DNA from: Octopus bimaculoides
Taxonomy: Eukaryota
Length of the DNA stretch: 35,023 nucleotides
Assembly (NCBI RefSeq): GCF_001194135.2
Contig: NC_068994.1
Location: forward strand, 10,120,115-10,155,137
Direction: 5' to 3'
The stretch's first letter is position 1. Each line of letters starts with the position of its first letter. The notes under the pieces are model-generated. The model was not told the DNA's origin, did not search any database, and saw only the letters and a program-made list of their open reading frames with translations. Shown here piece by piece: positions 23,401 through 35,023 of the stretch. Made by a program: the position numbers and the translations under genes.

Positions 23401-24919
23401 ACGTCACCATATTGGACCACTGAACTCAACAGGGTTTTTTTCATTCTCTCTTTCATTTTTGTCGAAGAGCGTAAGCAGAAACGCAAAAGACTTTTCCAAT
23501 TTTCACGAACGTCAAAATAATACACTTGCTTGTTATTCCTACACCTGTCTTCGTCTTTGATTCTCTATACATTTGAACCANNNNNNNNNNNNNNNNNNNN
23601 NNNNNNNNNNNNNNNNNNNNNNNNNNNNNNNNNNNNNNNNNNNNNNNNNNNNNNNNNNNNNNNNNNNNNNNNNNNNNNNNNNNNNNNNNNNNNNNNNNNN
23701 NNNNNNNNNNNNNNNNNNNNNNNNNNNNNNNNNNNNNNNNNNNNNNNNNNNNNNNNNNNNNNNNNNNNNNNNNNNNNNNNNNNNNNNNNNNNNNNNNNNN
23801 NNNNNNNNNNNNNNNNNNNNNNNNNNNNNNNNNNNNNNNNNNNNNNNNNNNNNNNNNNNNNNNNNNNNNNNNNNNNNNNNNNNNNNNNNNNNNNNNNNNN
23901 NNNNNNNNNNNNNNNNNNNNNNNNNNNNNNNNNNNNNNNNNNNNNNNNNNNNNNNNNNNNNNNNNNNNNNNNNNNNNNNNNNNNNNNNNNNNNNNNNNNN
24001 NNNNNNNNNNNNNNNNNNNNNNNNNNNNNNNNNNNNNNNNNNNNNNNNNNNNNNNNNNNNNNNNNNNNNNNNNNNNNNNNNNNNNNNNNNNNNNNNNNNN
24101 NNNNNNNNNNNNNNNNNNNNNNNNNNNNNNNNNNNNNNNNNNNNNNNNNNNNNNNNNNNNNNNNNNNNNNNNNNNNNNNNNNNNNNNNNNNNNNNNNNNN
24201 NNNNNNNNNNNNNNNNNNNNNNNNNNNNNNNNNNNNNNNNNNNNNNNNNNNNNNNNNNNNNNNNNNNNNNNNNNNNNNNNNNNNNNNNNNNNNNNNNNNN
24301 NNNNNNNNNNNNNNNNNNNNNNNNNNNNNNNNNNNNNNNNNNNNNNNNNNNNNNNNNNNNNNNNNNNNNNNNNNNNNNNNNNNNNNNNNNNNNNNNNNNN
24401 NNNNNNNNNNNNNNNNNNNNNNNNNNNNNNNNNNNNNNNNNNNNNNNNNNNNNNNNNNNNNNNNNNNNNNNNNNNNNNNNNNNNNNNNNNNNNNNNNNNN
24501 NNNNNNNNNNNNNNNNTGTGTGTGTGTGTGTGTGTGTGTGTGTTTGTGTGCGTGTGCGTGTGTACGTGTGTGCGTGTCTGTATTTTTATATATTTGGATA
24601 TGTGTGTGTATTTGTGTACATTTGTGTGCGGCTTTGTGTATACTGTACAAGATAGAGTCTTATATTTATGGCTTACGATATGCCTAACAAGGTTGATTGA
24701 GAACTGAGTCTCATCAATCATGGTAATTGACAATAATACATCAACCGAAACAAATATTTTATTGTCATATACAAAGATGTCAGTGTAATGATGATGTTCA
24801 TTTGTCATCCGCTCAAATCGAAGCAAGGAAACCGAAATTCAGTGCTACACGTATATAAACCTATAAATATTCCAGCGGTTGAGAATGACACCAGCACTAA
24901 CACTAATAGATTTATATTT

Positions 24920-25136
24920 AAGGCGGCGAGCTGGCAGATTCGCTAACGCGCTGAACGAAATGGTTCGTGGTATTTCGCCCGTCGCTACGTTCTGAGCTCA
25001 AATTCTTCCGAGGTCGACTTTACCTTTCATTCTTTCGGGGTCGATAAATTAAGTACCAGTGAAACACAGGGGTCGATAGAATTGACTAGTCCCCACCCAG
25101 CACACCTGAGGCCTTGTGCGTCCAGTAGAAAGGATT
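24920..25136 (+). mobile_element. SINE family A, full length
   Basis: AAGGCGGCGAGCTGGCAGA head, GAGGTCGACTTTACCTTTCATTCTTTCGGGGTCGATAAATTAAGTACCAG core and GTAGAAAGGATT tail. Confidence 0.9.
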
Positions 25137-26287
25137 AACTGATGTACAACTGTATTAAAGAAATGTCTTTAAATACCGACTAGAGTTTGCATTAATCTCT
25201 GAATTCGAAACGACAATGCTGACTCTAAAATGGGGTCAGAAAACAAATTATTTTGAATAAGAGTAATAACGAAAAGAAGAAATTGGTGTTTGAATGTTTC
25301 AATTTTAAATTTAGAAAAATAAAAGAAAGATATTGGCGCTGTGTTTCAGATGTAGCGCGAGATCAAAGTCGGCATTTCGAATAATAACAGAATCACGTAC
25401 AAACAAAGAAAATATTTGTTTGATCAATTTTTGGAAATAATAGATTAAACTCTCACAGGAGGCGCTCTCTTGGCCGAGTCTGAATGTTTTCTGTGGTTTG
25501 GTACATGAAAAGAGCGGCATAGCACTTGCCTTTTGTTAAATTCGCGTTTGTACATGTGAGAGTACGAATGACAATAGAGTTGTTTGGAATTCTGTAAGAA
25601 AGAAGAAGGAAGATAAGGAAAAAAGTTGAACGAGGAGGAGGCGGATGTATAGAGGTAACTTTATGTGTGCGTGTGCATGAAAATGTGAGAAATATACCTA
25701 TATATNNNNNNNNNNNNNNNNNNNNNNNNNNNNNNNNNNNNNNNNNNNNNNNNNNNNNNNNNNNNNNNNNNNNNNNNNNNNNNNNNNNNNNNNNNNNNNN
25801 NNNNNNNNNNNNNNNNNNNNNNNNNNNNNNNNNNNNNNNNNNNNNNNNNNNNNNNNNNNNNNNNNNNNNNNNNNNNNNNNNNNNNNNNNNNNNNNNNNNN
25901 NNNNNNNNNNNNNNNNNNNNNNNNNNNNNNNNNNNNNNNNNNNNNNNNNNNNNNNNNNNNNNNNNNNNNNNNNNNNNNNNNNNNNNNNNNNNNNNNNNNN
26001 NNNNNNNNNNNNNNNNNNNNNNNNNNNNNNNNNNNNNNNNNNNNNNNNNNNNNNNNNNNNNNNNNNNNNNNNNNNNNNNNNNNNNNNNNNNNNNNNNNNN
26101 NNNNNNNNNNNNNNNNNNNNNNNNNNNNNNNNNNNNNNNNNNNNNNNNNNNNNNNNNNNNNNNNNNNNNNNNNNNNNNNNNNNNNNNNNNNNNNNNNNNN
26201 NNNNNNNNATATATAGATATATATATGGATATCAAAACAAAGGATTTAAAGCATAATTGAAAGCGATAATATTTTAAGTTTCTTCAA

Positions 26288-26682
26288 AAGTCCAGAAATC
26301 TAAATATCAATAGCATTCACACCAAATGTTTTTCACACGGACAACTGTATATTGGCTATTCAAGAGTGGGAAGCATGACGGATCTTTTTGCTTTCGCCAA
26401 AAACGAGAAAACACGTAACATCGTGTACAAGGAGGTGCTGCAATTGCAACAAGAAGAACGATAAATACATCCACTTTCCTTAACATTCGTATTGCAATTG
26501 TTCATCATTGCATGCCCAATATCATTTGACTTTTCGGGTAAAAGGACAAAAGAGCATGTAGTCGATTGGTTGAAATAAAGAAGACACTGCTTCAGAAGTA
26601 TGCCCGGTTGACGGTTTATTTTCCACACCAAAAGACGATGTTGATAGTCTCGATCACGGGCAACGCCAGGATTCACCGTTAG
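26288..26682 (+). mobile_element. Helitron 3' fragment: PIF1-like helicase C-terminus, 3' UTR and terminal hairpin
   Basis: The frame 26327-26464 reads CFSHGQLYIGYSRVGSMTDLFAFAKNEKTRNIVYKEVLQLQQEER*, matching the RepHel FSHGQLYVxxSRV...KTKNIVY motif. The end CACGGGCAACGCCAGG-ATTCACCG-TTAG|T resembles the animal Helitron hairpin plus CTAG|T. Confidence 0.85.
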
Positions 26683-26827
26683 TATATGTACGTATATATG
26701 TGTGGGTGGGTGTGCGCGCGCATTTTTTTTTTGTGTACAGAAAATAGGTATATAAATATACACAATAAGATAGACAACATACAGTCAAATAGAAAGACAG
26801 AGATAGATAAATAGATAGATATATAGT

Positions 26828-26879
<52 letters not shown>

Positions 26880-26948
26880 CAGACAGGCAGACAGACAGAC
26901 AGACAGACGGACGGACGGACGGACGGACGGACGGACAGACAGACAGAA

Positions 26949-27011
<63 letters not shown>

Positions 27012-27020
27012 CAGATAGAT
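26828..27020. repeat. Compound tetranucleotide array GATA-GACA-GACG-GACA-GATA
   Basis: Seen directly. Confidence 0.95.
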
Positions 27021-27523
27021 CAACATTTTCAAAAATCAATTCAGGTATTCAGGTCAATCACTATATTTCAGTATGAAAATGTTGCTTTGTTTGCACCATT
27101 TTAGATAATGCTAAAAGTACATTACTTTCCTTTTAGTGTATTCCAGTAGGGCCCATTAGAATCAAAATTTGACTCTGTGTATGCAATGTTAACACGCGCG
27201 CGCTTGTACATACACGAATACATATAAATATATATAAATTTATTCATTTATATGAAGAGAGAGATTATACGCGCATATATNNNNNNNNNNNNNNNNNNNN
27301 NNNNNNNNNNNNNNNNNNNNNNNNNNNNNNNNNNNNNNNNNATATATATACATACATACATACATATATATATATACATAAAAAGGTAGACACATAAATA
27401 GACATATACGGAGACGTTTAACAAGTGAAATACTTTTCCCATGATAAGTGATCGCGCATATATATGCATAAGCATACATACATTTACACACACACATATT
27501 TAGATAGATAGATATATATATAT

Positions 27524-27601
<78 letters not shown>

Positions 27602-27699
27602 GTGTTTGTGTATATATCTTATTATCTAAGCGATTTTGAAGAAACACTGATATATGTTCTCAATATGTTTTAAAAAGGCTCCTAGTAATGATAAGTGTA

Positions 27700-27800
27700 G
27701 AGTATATTTGGCGGGAAGGAGCGAGTTAATAGCATCGACAACAGTGCTTGACTGGAATTTATTCTTTCTTCCCTAATAGATGAAAAGCAAAGCTGGTGTA
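27700..27800 (-). mobile_element. Decayed SINE family A fragment
   Basis: GCATCGACAACAGTGCTTGACTGGAATTTATT...GATGAAAAGCAAAG is the reverse complement of the family A core. Confidence 0.5.
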
Positions 27801-27893
27801 GGTGATATTAAGACTTAAAACATAAAGAACCGGAAAAATATTTGCTAAGTATTTTATCCGATGAGAACAACGACAATAACAATAATAATAAAT

Positions 27894-28088
27894 AAATATA
27901 AGGACCTGGAAATAGAAATACAAAAGATGTGGCATCTTAAAGCGAGAACTGCTCCTGTTATTGTGGGTGCCCTTGGTCTGATAAGAAAAGGATGCCAAAA
28001 ATATCTAGATGACATCCCAGGAGAACCATGTCTCAGAGAATTCCAAAAGATTGTGCTGATAAGTACTACCCACGTCCTTAGAAAAACT
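27894..28088 (+). mobile_element. R4/Dong-like (REL endonuclease) non-LTR retrotransposon, ORF C-terminus
   Basis: The open frame KYKDLEIEIQKMWHLKARTAPVIVGALGLIRKGCQKYLDDIPGEPCLREFQKIVLISTTHVLRKT is the KYxxL...W...PVIVGALG...QK..L..T.H.LRK tail of R4-type elements. Confidence 0.85.
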
Positions 28089-28586
28089 GTTATTACTATT
28101 ACTGTTACTTGCAACACTACTACTACTACAACTCCGACTGCTGCTACGACCACTGCTGATGCGACTTCCTGGGTGCCTAATCTGGGACAAAACTACCACA
28201 CCTTACAAGGTATTTTAGAGGAAGACATTGAAAAATACATTGGGGAGTGTGACTGGTTTCCTGCTCTGGTTTGCTGTTCTTTCCTTTTCTTTCCTTTTCC
28301 TTCCAAGTAATTTGAGGTAAACTTTCCTTTAATTTCGTCGAATGAGCGATCGATTAGATTTGTTAATCATTGGTCCACTGTTGCCTGTTGCCGCTGTTTC
28401 TGCTGCTGCTTCTCCTTATATACATTTCTTGCTGTTCTTGCTGTAGTTAAACCAATGGTCCAAACAGAATTTGCGTAGCCTGGCTTCATTAAACTTGTTT
28501 TCTGTTACTGGGCAGCAACTAACATTTTTTTCTTTTTCTCTCTTTAGGTTTAGCAAATATTCAATTTACCAAATATTCAATTTATT

Positions 28587-28662
<76 letters not shown>

Positions 28663-28862
28663 CAGTGTGTGTATGTATGTACATGCATATATACATACAT
28701 ATACATATATGTACACACACACACATATATATATATATATAAAAACATACGTATGTTTAATCATACTTATGTGTGTATATATTTGTTTACATATATTGAT
28801 GTATGTGTATGTATATACATNNNNNNNNNNNNNNNNNNNNNNNNNNNNNNNNNNNNNNNNNN

Positions 28863-28925
<63 letters not shown>

Positions 28926-29444
28926 GTGTATGTGTGTATGCCTGTGTATGTGTCTGCGTGTGTTTGCGTGTATTTAAAAGTTTATCTGCCAATTACAGTC
29001 CCATGCTTTCTCTCCGCATCTCGATATTACCTGATCTCTCACACCACCTCCCACTTCTTATCTTCACTTGCTCTACCCCTTCCTCTTTCTCTGATCCTCT
29101 CTCCTTCTAAACATTTTTGTCCTCCCACATCACTCTCTTTCTCACTCTCTCTTCCTCACTCTCTTTCTCCCATTCATCTACCTTCTCGCATTTGTCACAC
29201 CTTCCTCTCTGGTAAATGACATTGTTTACGCCATATTTACCTTTGTTAGAGGGATGTATTATTTATTAGAGAGAGAAATAGTAATGCTTAAATGTGCGTT
29301 TCTTTTTCCTTCATTTTCGTTCGTAAACAAGAATATTGATCTTTGTATCATGTAAATTATATATATATATATGTGTGTATGAGAGTGTTCACACAAACAC
29401 ATACACACACACACACACACACTTATATATATACATATATACAT

Positions 29445-29814
29445 ATTCTTTCATTCTTTTGTTTCAGTCACTTCGGCTGTGGCCCGCTGCAGCACGGCCT
29501 TTTAGTCGAAGAAATCGACTTCTGGACTTATTCTTTGTAAGCCTAGTACTTATTCTATCGGTCTCTTTTTTCGAACGGCTAATGTTACGGGGAGGTAAAC
29601 AGACCAAGGTCGGTTGTCAAGCGATGGTGGACGGGCAAACACTGACACAAACACGCAAATATATACGGCAGGCTTCTTTCAATTTCCGTCTACTAAATCT
29701 ACCCACAAGGATTTGGTCGGTCCGAGGCTATAGTAGAAAACACTTGCCCGTAACTGAACCCAGAACAATGTAGTTGGGAAGCAAACTTCTTACCACACAG
29801 CCATGCTTGCGCCT
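29445..29814 (-). mobile_element. SINE family B, near full length
   Basis: The reverse complement starts AGGCGCAAGCATGGCTGTGTGGTAAG and is colinear with 6314-6707, with a ~20-bp deletion after the B-box. Confidence 0.9.
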
Positions 29815-30279
29815 ATACATACACACATATATATGTATATAAGCACTTATATATATNNNNNNNNNNNNNNNNNNNNNNNNNNNNNNNNNNNNNNNNNNNN
29901 NNNNNNNTATATATACACATATATGTATATACATGCATATGTATATAAACATACATAGGTATGCATAAACACATACATATAGATATGTACATAAATATAT
30001 GCATTCATATATGTATACAGAGATTTGTATATAAATATATAGGTACACACATATATATCTATATATATATACATATATATGCATATGTATACGTGTGTGT
30101 GTTTGCGTGTGTGTATATATATGTACTGATATGTACATCCCCAGAAACGTACATATATGAATACACACGCACGCCTTGCTCTTTACATGTGCACACGCAT
30201 AAACAAACATGGCGGCTGCAAACGAAATATGTTAAATCTGGCGTATTCATATTTGCATAGGAATAATGAGAAACGAAAG

Positions 30280-30325
<46 letters not shown>

Positions 30326-30523
30326 CATACGCATGAAGGCTGATTTGAATGCTTGGATATAAAATTCATATCACTCCCAAGGACATTAATGGCGTCAGCC
30401 ATTTGAAACGGTTCTAATATCTAATCAAAAAGCTTTCTACTGCTTATTCACTAGAGCATGTGACTATGTACCTCACCATATGGGAACCACTGTGAGAACT
30501 GAACAGCAGAAGTAGGAAACAAT

Positions 30524-30539
30524 ATGAATAATAATAATA

Positions 30540-30582
<43 letters not shown>

Positions 30583-30622
30583 CGATGATGATGATAACAA
30601 AAACAACAAAAACTATAACGGC

Positions 30623-30657
<35 letters not shown>

Positions 30658-30668
30658 TGATGATAATA
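30524..30668. repeat. (AAT)n/(GAT)n compound microsatellite
   Basis: Seen directly. Confidence 0.95.
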
Positions 30669-30764
30669 AAAACACCGGAAACGGAGGCTCTAATCGGTGC
30701 TGCCCAAGAGCAAGCACTAAGAACAAACTACATAACATACAGAATAGACAACGCATCAGAATGT
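30669..30764 (+). mobile_element. R4/Dong-like retrotransposon fragment, segment just upstream of the CCHC knuckle
   Basis: KTPETEALIGAAQEQALRTNYITYRIDNASEC matches the conserved ETE.LI.AAQ(D/E)QALRTN...ID...C motif. Confidence 0.8.
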
Positions 30765-31451
30765 GATGCTATTTATCGCTTCGTGACCCTCGTGTTAGGC
30801 TTTCCTTTGTATTGCTTTATCAAGTTATCTGCTTATTTTTATATGGAGAAATATAAAATTAGTCCAATTAACCCTTAAACCTGGAACTTCTGTTTCTTCC
30901 TTTCATCCCAAACTCTTGAACCCAAGTCCGTAACATATTGTTAGTGTCACGTCTTTCTTCGTTTTTCACTTTTTTCTTTTTGTCATCCTTACAGAAATTT
31001 AAGCATTTTCCGTTGAGCATAGAATGACACATACCCATATAATATAATGTGTGTGTGTATGTTCGTCGGTGTGCGTGCGCGCAAGGGGATGTATTTGCGC
31101 GTATGCCTAATAGTATGAACGCGCGCAATTTGCACGTCATTCATTTAACAATATTGTTCAAAATGATACTTCTGTTATAAATAACGAAACGATATCACTG
31201 CGAGTAAAAACAAAATGCTGCCCCAAATATAACATGATGCTGCATTTATGTTTACATAAGTGACGAGGATAGTTGGAAAGCCCAATCGATATTAGGGCGG
31301 AGATTCCAGTAGATATATATTCTACCGGTTTGTTCTAACGAGATTTTTACCAAATCAATTTAGTCCGAGAAACTGCGTTTAACTAAATTGTTAAAACCAC
31401 TTTACATGAGCTTACCAATAACATAATACATACATATACATATATACACAC

Positions 31452-31493
<42 letters not shown>

Positions 31494-31980
31494 TTATATA
31501 TATACATATATATATAAATATATATTTTTGTGTGTGAACATATGTGTACGTTCACACAAACATATATGTATATATGCACACACATACATATATTATATAT
31601 GTATGTATGTATGTTTGTATTGAGAGCCGAAAGCAAATTACAATACGTAACTTTAGTTATAAAATATTACAGAACTAGACTTTATGAGAAATTTCGAGAA
31701 CGAAATAAAAGCAGGATATATTGGTAATTTTTTCGACTCGAACGGTCACTGTGGACCAAATTCCATTCGAATAATATCGATGATCCCGAGGTTATATCAG
31801 AATAATATGCCACCCAACAGAACTGTATCGGAAACCAGGAAGCAATATTAATAATCATAAATCCATGCCTGTCCCCTATTTTTTTTTTCTCATTTCCCTT
31901 CAGTACAGTTAACTCCTAGCTTGTATTTATTACTAACTTCCATATTGACTCATATTAATCGATACACATTAATGAACATT

Positions 31981-32120
31981 AGGTGCAGTCGCGGCTGTGT
32001 TGTTAAAACGCTTACTTTGCAATCACGCATTTTAGATTTCAATCCCACTGCACAGCGCTTTGGGAAAGTGTCTTCTACGATAGCCTCAGGTCAATCAAAT
32101 CCTTCTGACGTGAATTTGGT
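31981..32120 (+). mobile_element. SINE family B, 5' part, diverged
   Basis: AGGTGCAGTCGCGGCTGTGTTG...TTCAATCCCACTGCACAGCGCTTTGGGAAAGTGTCTTCTACGATAGCCTC. Confidence 0.7.
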
Positions 32121-32211
32121 ACACGTTCACTGTTCATAAGGCCGATTTGGTGTATAGGCCACGGTGAATTTTTCAGACCAAAAAGTTACTTTGTTGATAT
32201 TAGCTGCGTAT

Positions 32212-32708
32212 AAGGCGGTGAGCTGGCAGAAACGTGATCACGCCGGGCGAAATGCCTAGCGGTATTTCGTCTGAATTCAAATTCCGCCGAGGTCGACTTT
32301 GCCTTTCATCCTTTCGGGGTCGATTAAATAAGTACCAGTTACGCACTGGGGTCGATATAATCGACTTAATCCGTTTGTCTGNNNNNNNNNNGGGGTCGAT
32401 TAAATAAGTACCAGTTACGCACTGGGGTCGATATAATCGACTTAATCCGTTTGTCTGTCCTTCTTTGTCCCCTCTGTGTGTAGCCCCTAGAGGGCAGTAA
32501 AGAAATAAGAAACGTTATCACGCCGGGCAAAATGCTTAAACGGCATTAAGTCTGTCTGCGCGTTTTGGGTTCAAATTCCACCGAGGTCGACTTTGCCTTT
32601 CATCGTTTCGGAGGCACACGAATGAAGTACCAGTTGGATACTGAGGTCGATGTAATCGACTAGCAGCCTCCCACCAAATTATTGGCCTTGTGCCAAAATT
32701 TGAAACCA
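32212..32708 (+). mobile_element. SINE family A dimer: one head, two bodies with different 3' tails, flanked by one TSD
   Basis: TSD ATATTAGCTGCGTAT (32197-32211) and ATATTAGCTGCATAT (32709-32723), 14/15 identical. Body 1 spans about 32228-32507 and body 2 about 32508-32708. Confidence 0.88.
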
Positions 32709-32800
32709 ATATTAGCTGCATATTGTGGCATTTCTCTACCTACATAGATGGATAGATATAGACGGATATATATATACACATATAATATAATATATGCAAT

Positions 32801-32845
<45 letters not shown>

Positions 32846-33874
32846 NNNNNNNNNNNNNNNNNNNNNNNNNNNNNNNNNNNNNNNNNNNNNNNNNNNNNNN
32901 NNNNNNNNNNNNNNNNNNNNNNNNNNNNNNNNNNNNNNNNNNNNNNNNNNNNNNNNNNNNNNNNNNNNNNNNNNNNNNNNNNNNNNNNNNNNNNNNNNNN
33001 NNNNNNNNNNNNNNNNNNNNNNNNNNNNNNNNNNNNNNNNNNNNNNNNNNNNNNNNNNNNNNNNNNNNNNNNNNNNNNNNNNNNNNNNNNNNNNNNNNNN
33101 NNNNNNNNNNNNNNNNNNNNNNNNNNNNNNNNNNNNNNNNNNNNNNNNNNNNNNNNNNNNNNNNNNNNNNNNNNNNNNNNNNNNNNNNNNNNNNNNNNNN
33201 NNNNNNNNNNNNNNNNNNNNNNNNNNNNNNNNNNNNNNNNNGAGTAACAGGTCTGTGAATATTTTGCAGCTTTTTATAACGAAGTGTATTATATATACAC
33301 ATACATATCCCTCCTTATTCATTACTATATGGGAGCTTAGTAATACGGTCAATATCACCTTAACTGATGTAGGCTTCAGGAAGCAATGAAAAGTCATTTT
33401 GTTTCCTACTTTCACTTTTGTTTTTCCCGATTTTTTTTTTCCTTCTCCTGGCTTTCATATCTAGTCACTTCATTTCACATAACTTCAAATGTATTATATT
33501 GAAACTGTAGTTAATGGTTGGGATGACTAGTATATTAATATGTATAACCTATTCGTTTTTAGTTCTTATCTTAATAGAATATTCTTGCATTATGTATCCT
33601 TACAGCGTTATATATTACACTCTTTTTGTTCCATTTAGGAATTGTTTTCCAAATTTTATATTTCTACAGTAGTTTCTGACTTTTAATATCTCTTCTGTGT
33701 CTCATATATGTTCCTTGTTTATACGTCCATTTTTTTTTTTGGAGGGGAGGTGCTTCATGTTTTTTTTTCTCTTTTAGTTTCTTTTTCTTTATGTTTTTTT
33801 CTTTAAAGTAGTGGTTTGACTGTTAAACCTCTGTTGGTGAAAATCTGTCTGATATGGGTTCAAGCATCGATCTC

Positions 33875-34060
33875 TAGTTACGAAGCGCAACAATGTAGTT
33901 TTAAGTTCAGTTCCACTCTGCACCAACTTGAGCAGGAGTCTTCTAGCATAACCGCAGGCAGAACAATGCCTTTTGAAGGAACTTTTGTAGACACAAAATG
34001 TGTGCCAGCTCATCATATATATGTGGATAACGGTGTTGGTTTGTTTACGTCTCCGTAATA
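33875..34060 (+). mobile_element. Decayed SINE family B fragment
   Basis: AAGTTCAGTTCCACTCTGCACCAACTTGAGCAGGAGTCTTCTAGCATAACC...GGTGTTGGTTTGTTTACGTCTCCGTAA is colinear with family B. Confidence 0.55.
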
Positions 34061-34069
34061 GTTCGTCAC

Positions 34070-34243
34070 CACCATCACTATCACGATTTTCATCATCAGC
34101 TTAAACGATATCATCATTGATATCGTCATCAGAAACATCACCGTCATCTTCACCATCACCATCATCATCATCATCATCATCATCATCATTATCATCATCA
34201 TCATCATCATCATCATCAGAAATTATTATTATTATTATTATTA

Positions 34244-34302
<59 letters not shown>
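34070..34302. repeat. (CAT)n then (ATT)n microsatellites
   Basis: Seen directly. Confidence 0.95.
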
Positions 34303-34304
<2 letters not shown>

Positions 34305-34432
34305 TCGTCTGTCTTTAAGTTCTGAGTTCAAATTCTGCCAAGGTCGATTTCGCCTTTCATCGTTTCGGGGTCGACGAAATAGATACCAGCTTAGTACTGA
34401 GGTAATAGACTAGTCCCCTCCCCCAAAAAGGG
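34305..34432 (+). mobile_element. SINE family A, 5'-truncated, embedded in ATT repeats
   Basis: TCGTCTGTCTTTAAGTTCTGAGTTCAAATTCTGCCAAGGTCGATTTCGCCTTTCATCGTTTCGGGGTCGAC. Confidence 0.8.
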
Positions 34433-34434
34433 TT

Positions 34435-34594
34435 ATTATTAATATTATTATTATTAGTAGTAGTAGTAGTAGTACTAGTAGTTGTTGTTGTTGTTGTTGT
34501 TGTAACAGCAGCAGCAGCAACAGGGGAGGATGAGGTAGAAAAATACATAGTAGTAGTAAGAGTGATAATGCTACCGTTACTTTAACTGCTGCTG

Positions 34595-34634
<40 letters not shown>

Positions 34635-34717
34635 CATTACAACTACTACAATGCGACTGCCGTTGTTGTTGTTGTTGCTGATGCTGCTGATGTCACTGAT
34701 GCAGATGATGGTGGTGG

Positions 34718-34773
<56 letters not shown>

Positions 34774-34775
34774 TT
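34435..34775. repeat. Mixed trinucleotide field (ATT, AGT, GTT, CAG, TAC, GAT)
   Basis: Seen directly. Confidence 0.93.
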
Positions 34776-35023
34776 GCTGATGTTCACTTAGCCGCTTTGC
34801 GATTTATTTAGTAAAATATCGTATTACTTCCTTGCTAAAGAGGTAAGTTCTCAGCATTCGATTTTGGATTAAAATCAATATTAATAGATGAAGCCTGAGA
34901 ACGTGTATTGTACAGGTACACGTACAGCTTATTACGCAATTAGTTACAGAGTGAACTTCAAGTGCTATCTAACGCCCACATTTAAATTACATAAACACAC
35001 ACACACACACATACATACATATA

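Noticed and set aside
25528-25589. Minus-strand AG...GCAAGT interval encoding IPNNSIVIRTLTCTNAN, faintly cadherin-like
   Set aside because: Lacks the acidic PEN and DxD calcium-binding residues and needs a GC donor.
31281-31305. Adjacent CCAAT and GGGCGG boxes
   Set aside because: Two short motifs with no supporting start site or exon; expected by chance.
32316-32457. Exact 66-bp duplication (32316-32381 and 32392-32457) around a 10-N gap
   Set aside because: An identical overlap either side of a minimal gap is the signature of unmerged contig ends, not biology.
34792-34842. 51-nt plus-strand AG...GTAAGT interval, open in two frames
   Set aside because: No homology and adjacent to SSRs; it shows how easily such site pairs arise by chance.

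Overview
AT-rich, microsatellite-saturated animal genomic DNA with nine N-gaps. The SINE families and repeat style resemble an Octopus draft assembly; this is recognition from memory, not verified. I cannot support any intact host gene. Almost every ORF in the supplied track is a translation of microsatellite or N runs. The window is mainly a transposon graveyard: (1) a near full-length but dead Tc1-family DD34E transposon with ~200-bp TIRs (8781-10342); (2) a second, DDxD mariner-type remnant and two MITEs; (3) a Helitron helicase C-terminus with its 3' hairpin end (26288-26682), missed by the ORF track; (4) three fragments of an R4/Dong-like REL-endonuclease non-LTR retrotransposon; (5) a Penelope-like GIY-YIG remnant; (6) about 17 copies or fragments of three tRNA-derived SINE families, labelled A, B and C here, including a SINE-in-SINE dimer inside a 15-bp target-site duplication. 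A few candidate exons and a CpG-rich promoter-like patch are flagged at low confidence. I found no convincing novel gene system; the best leads concern transposon targeting and structure.
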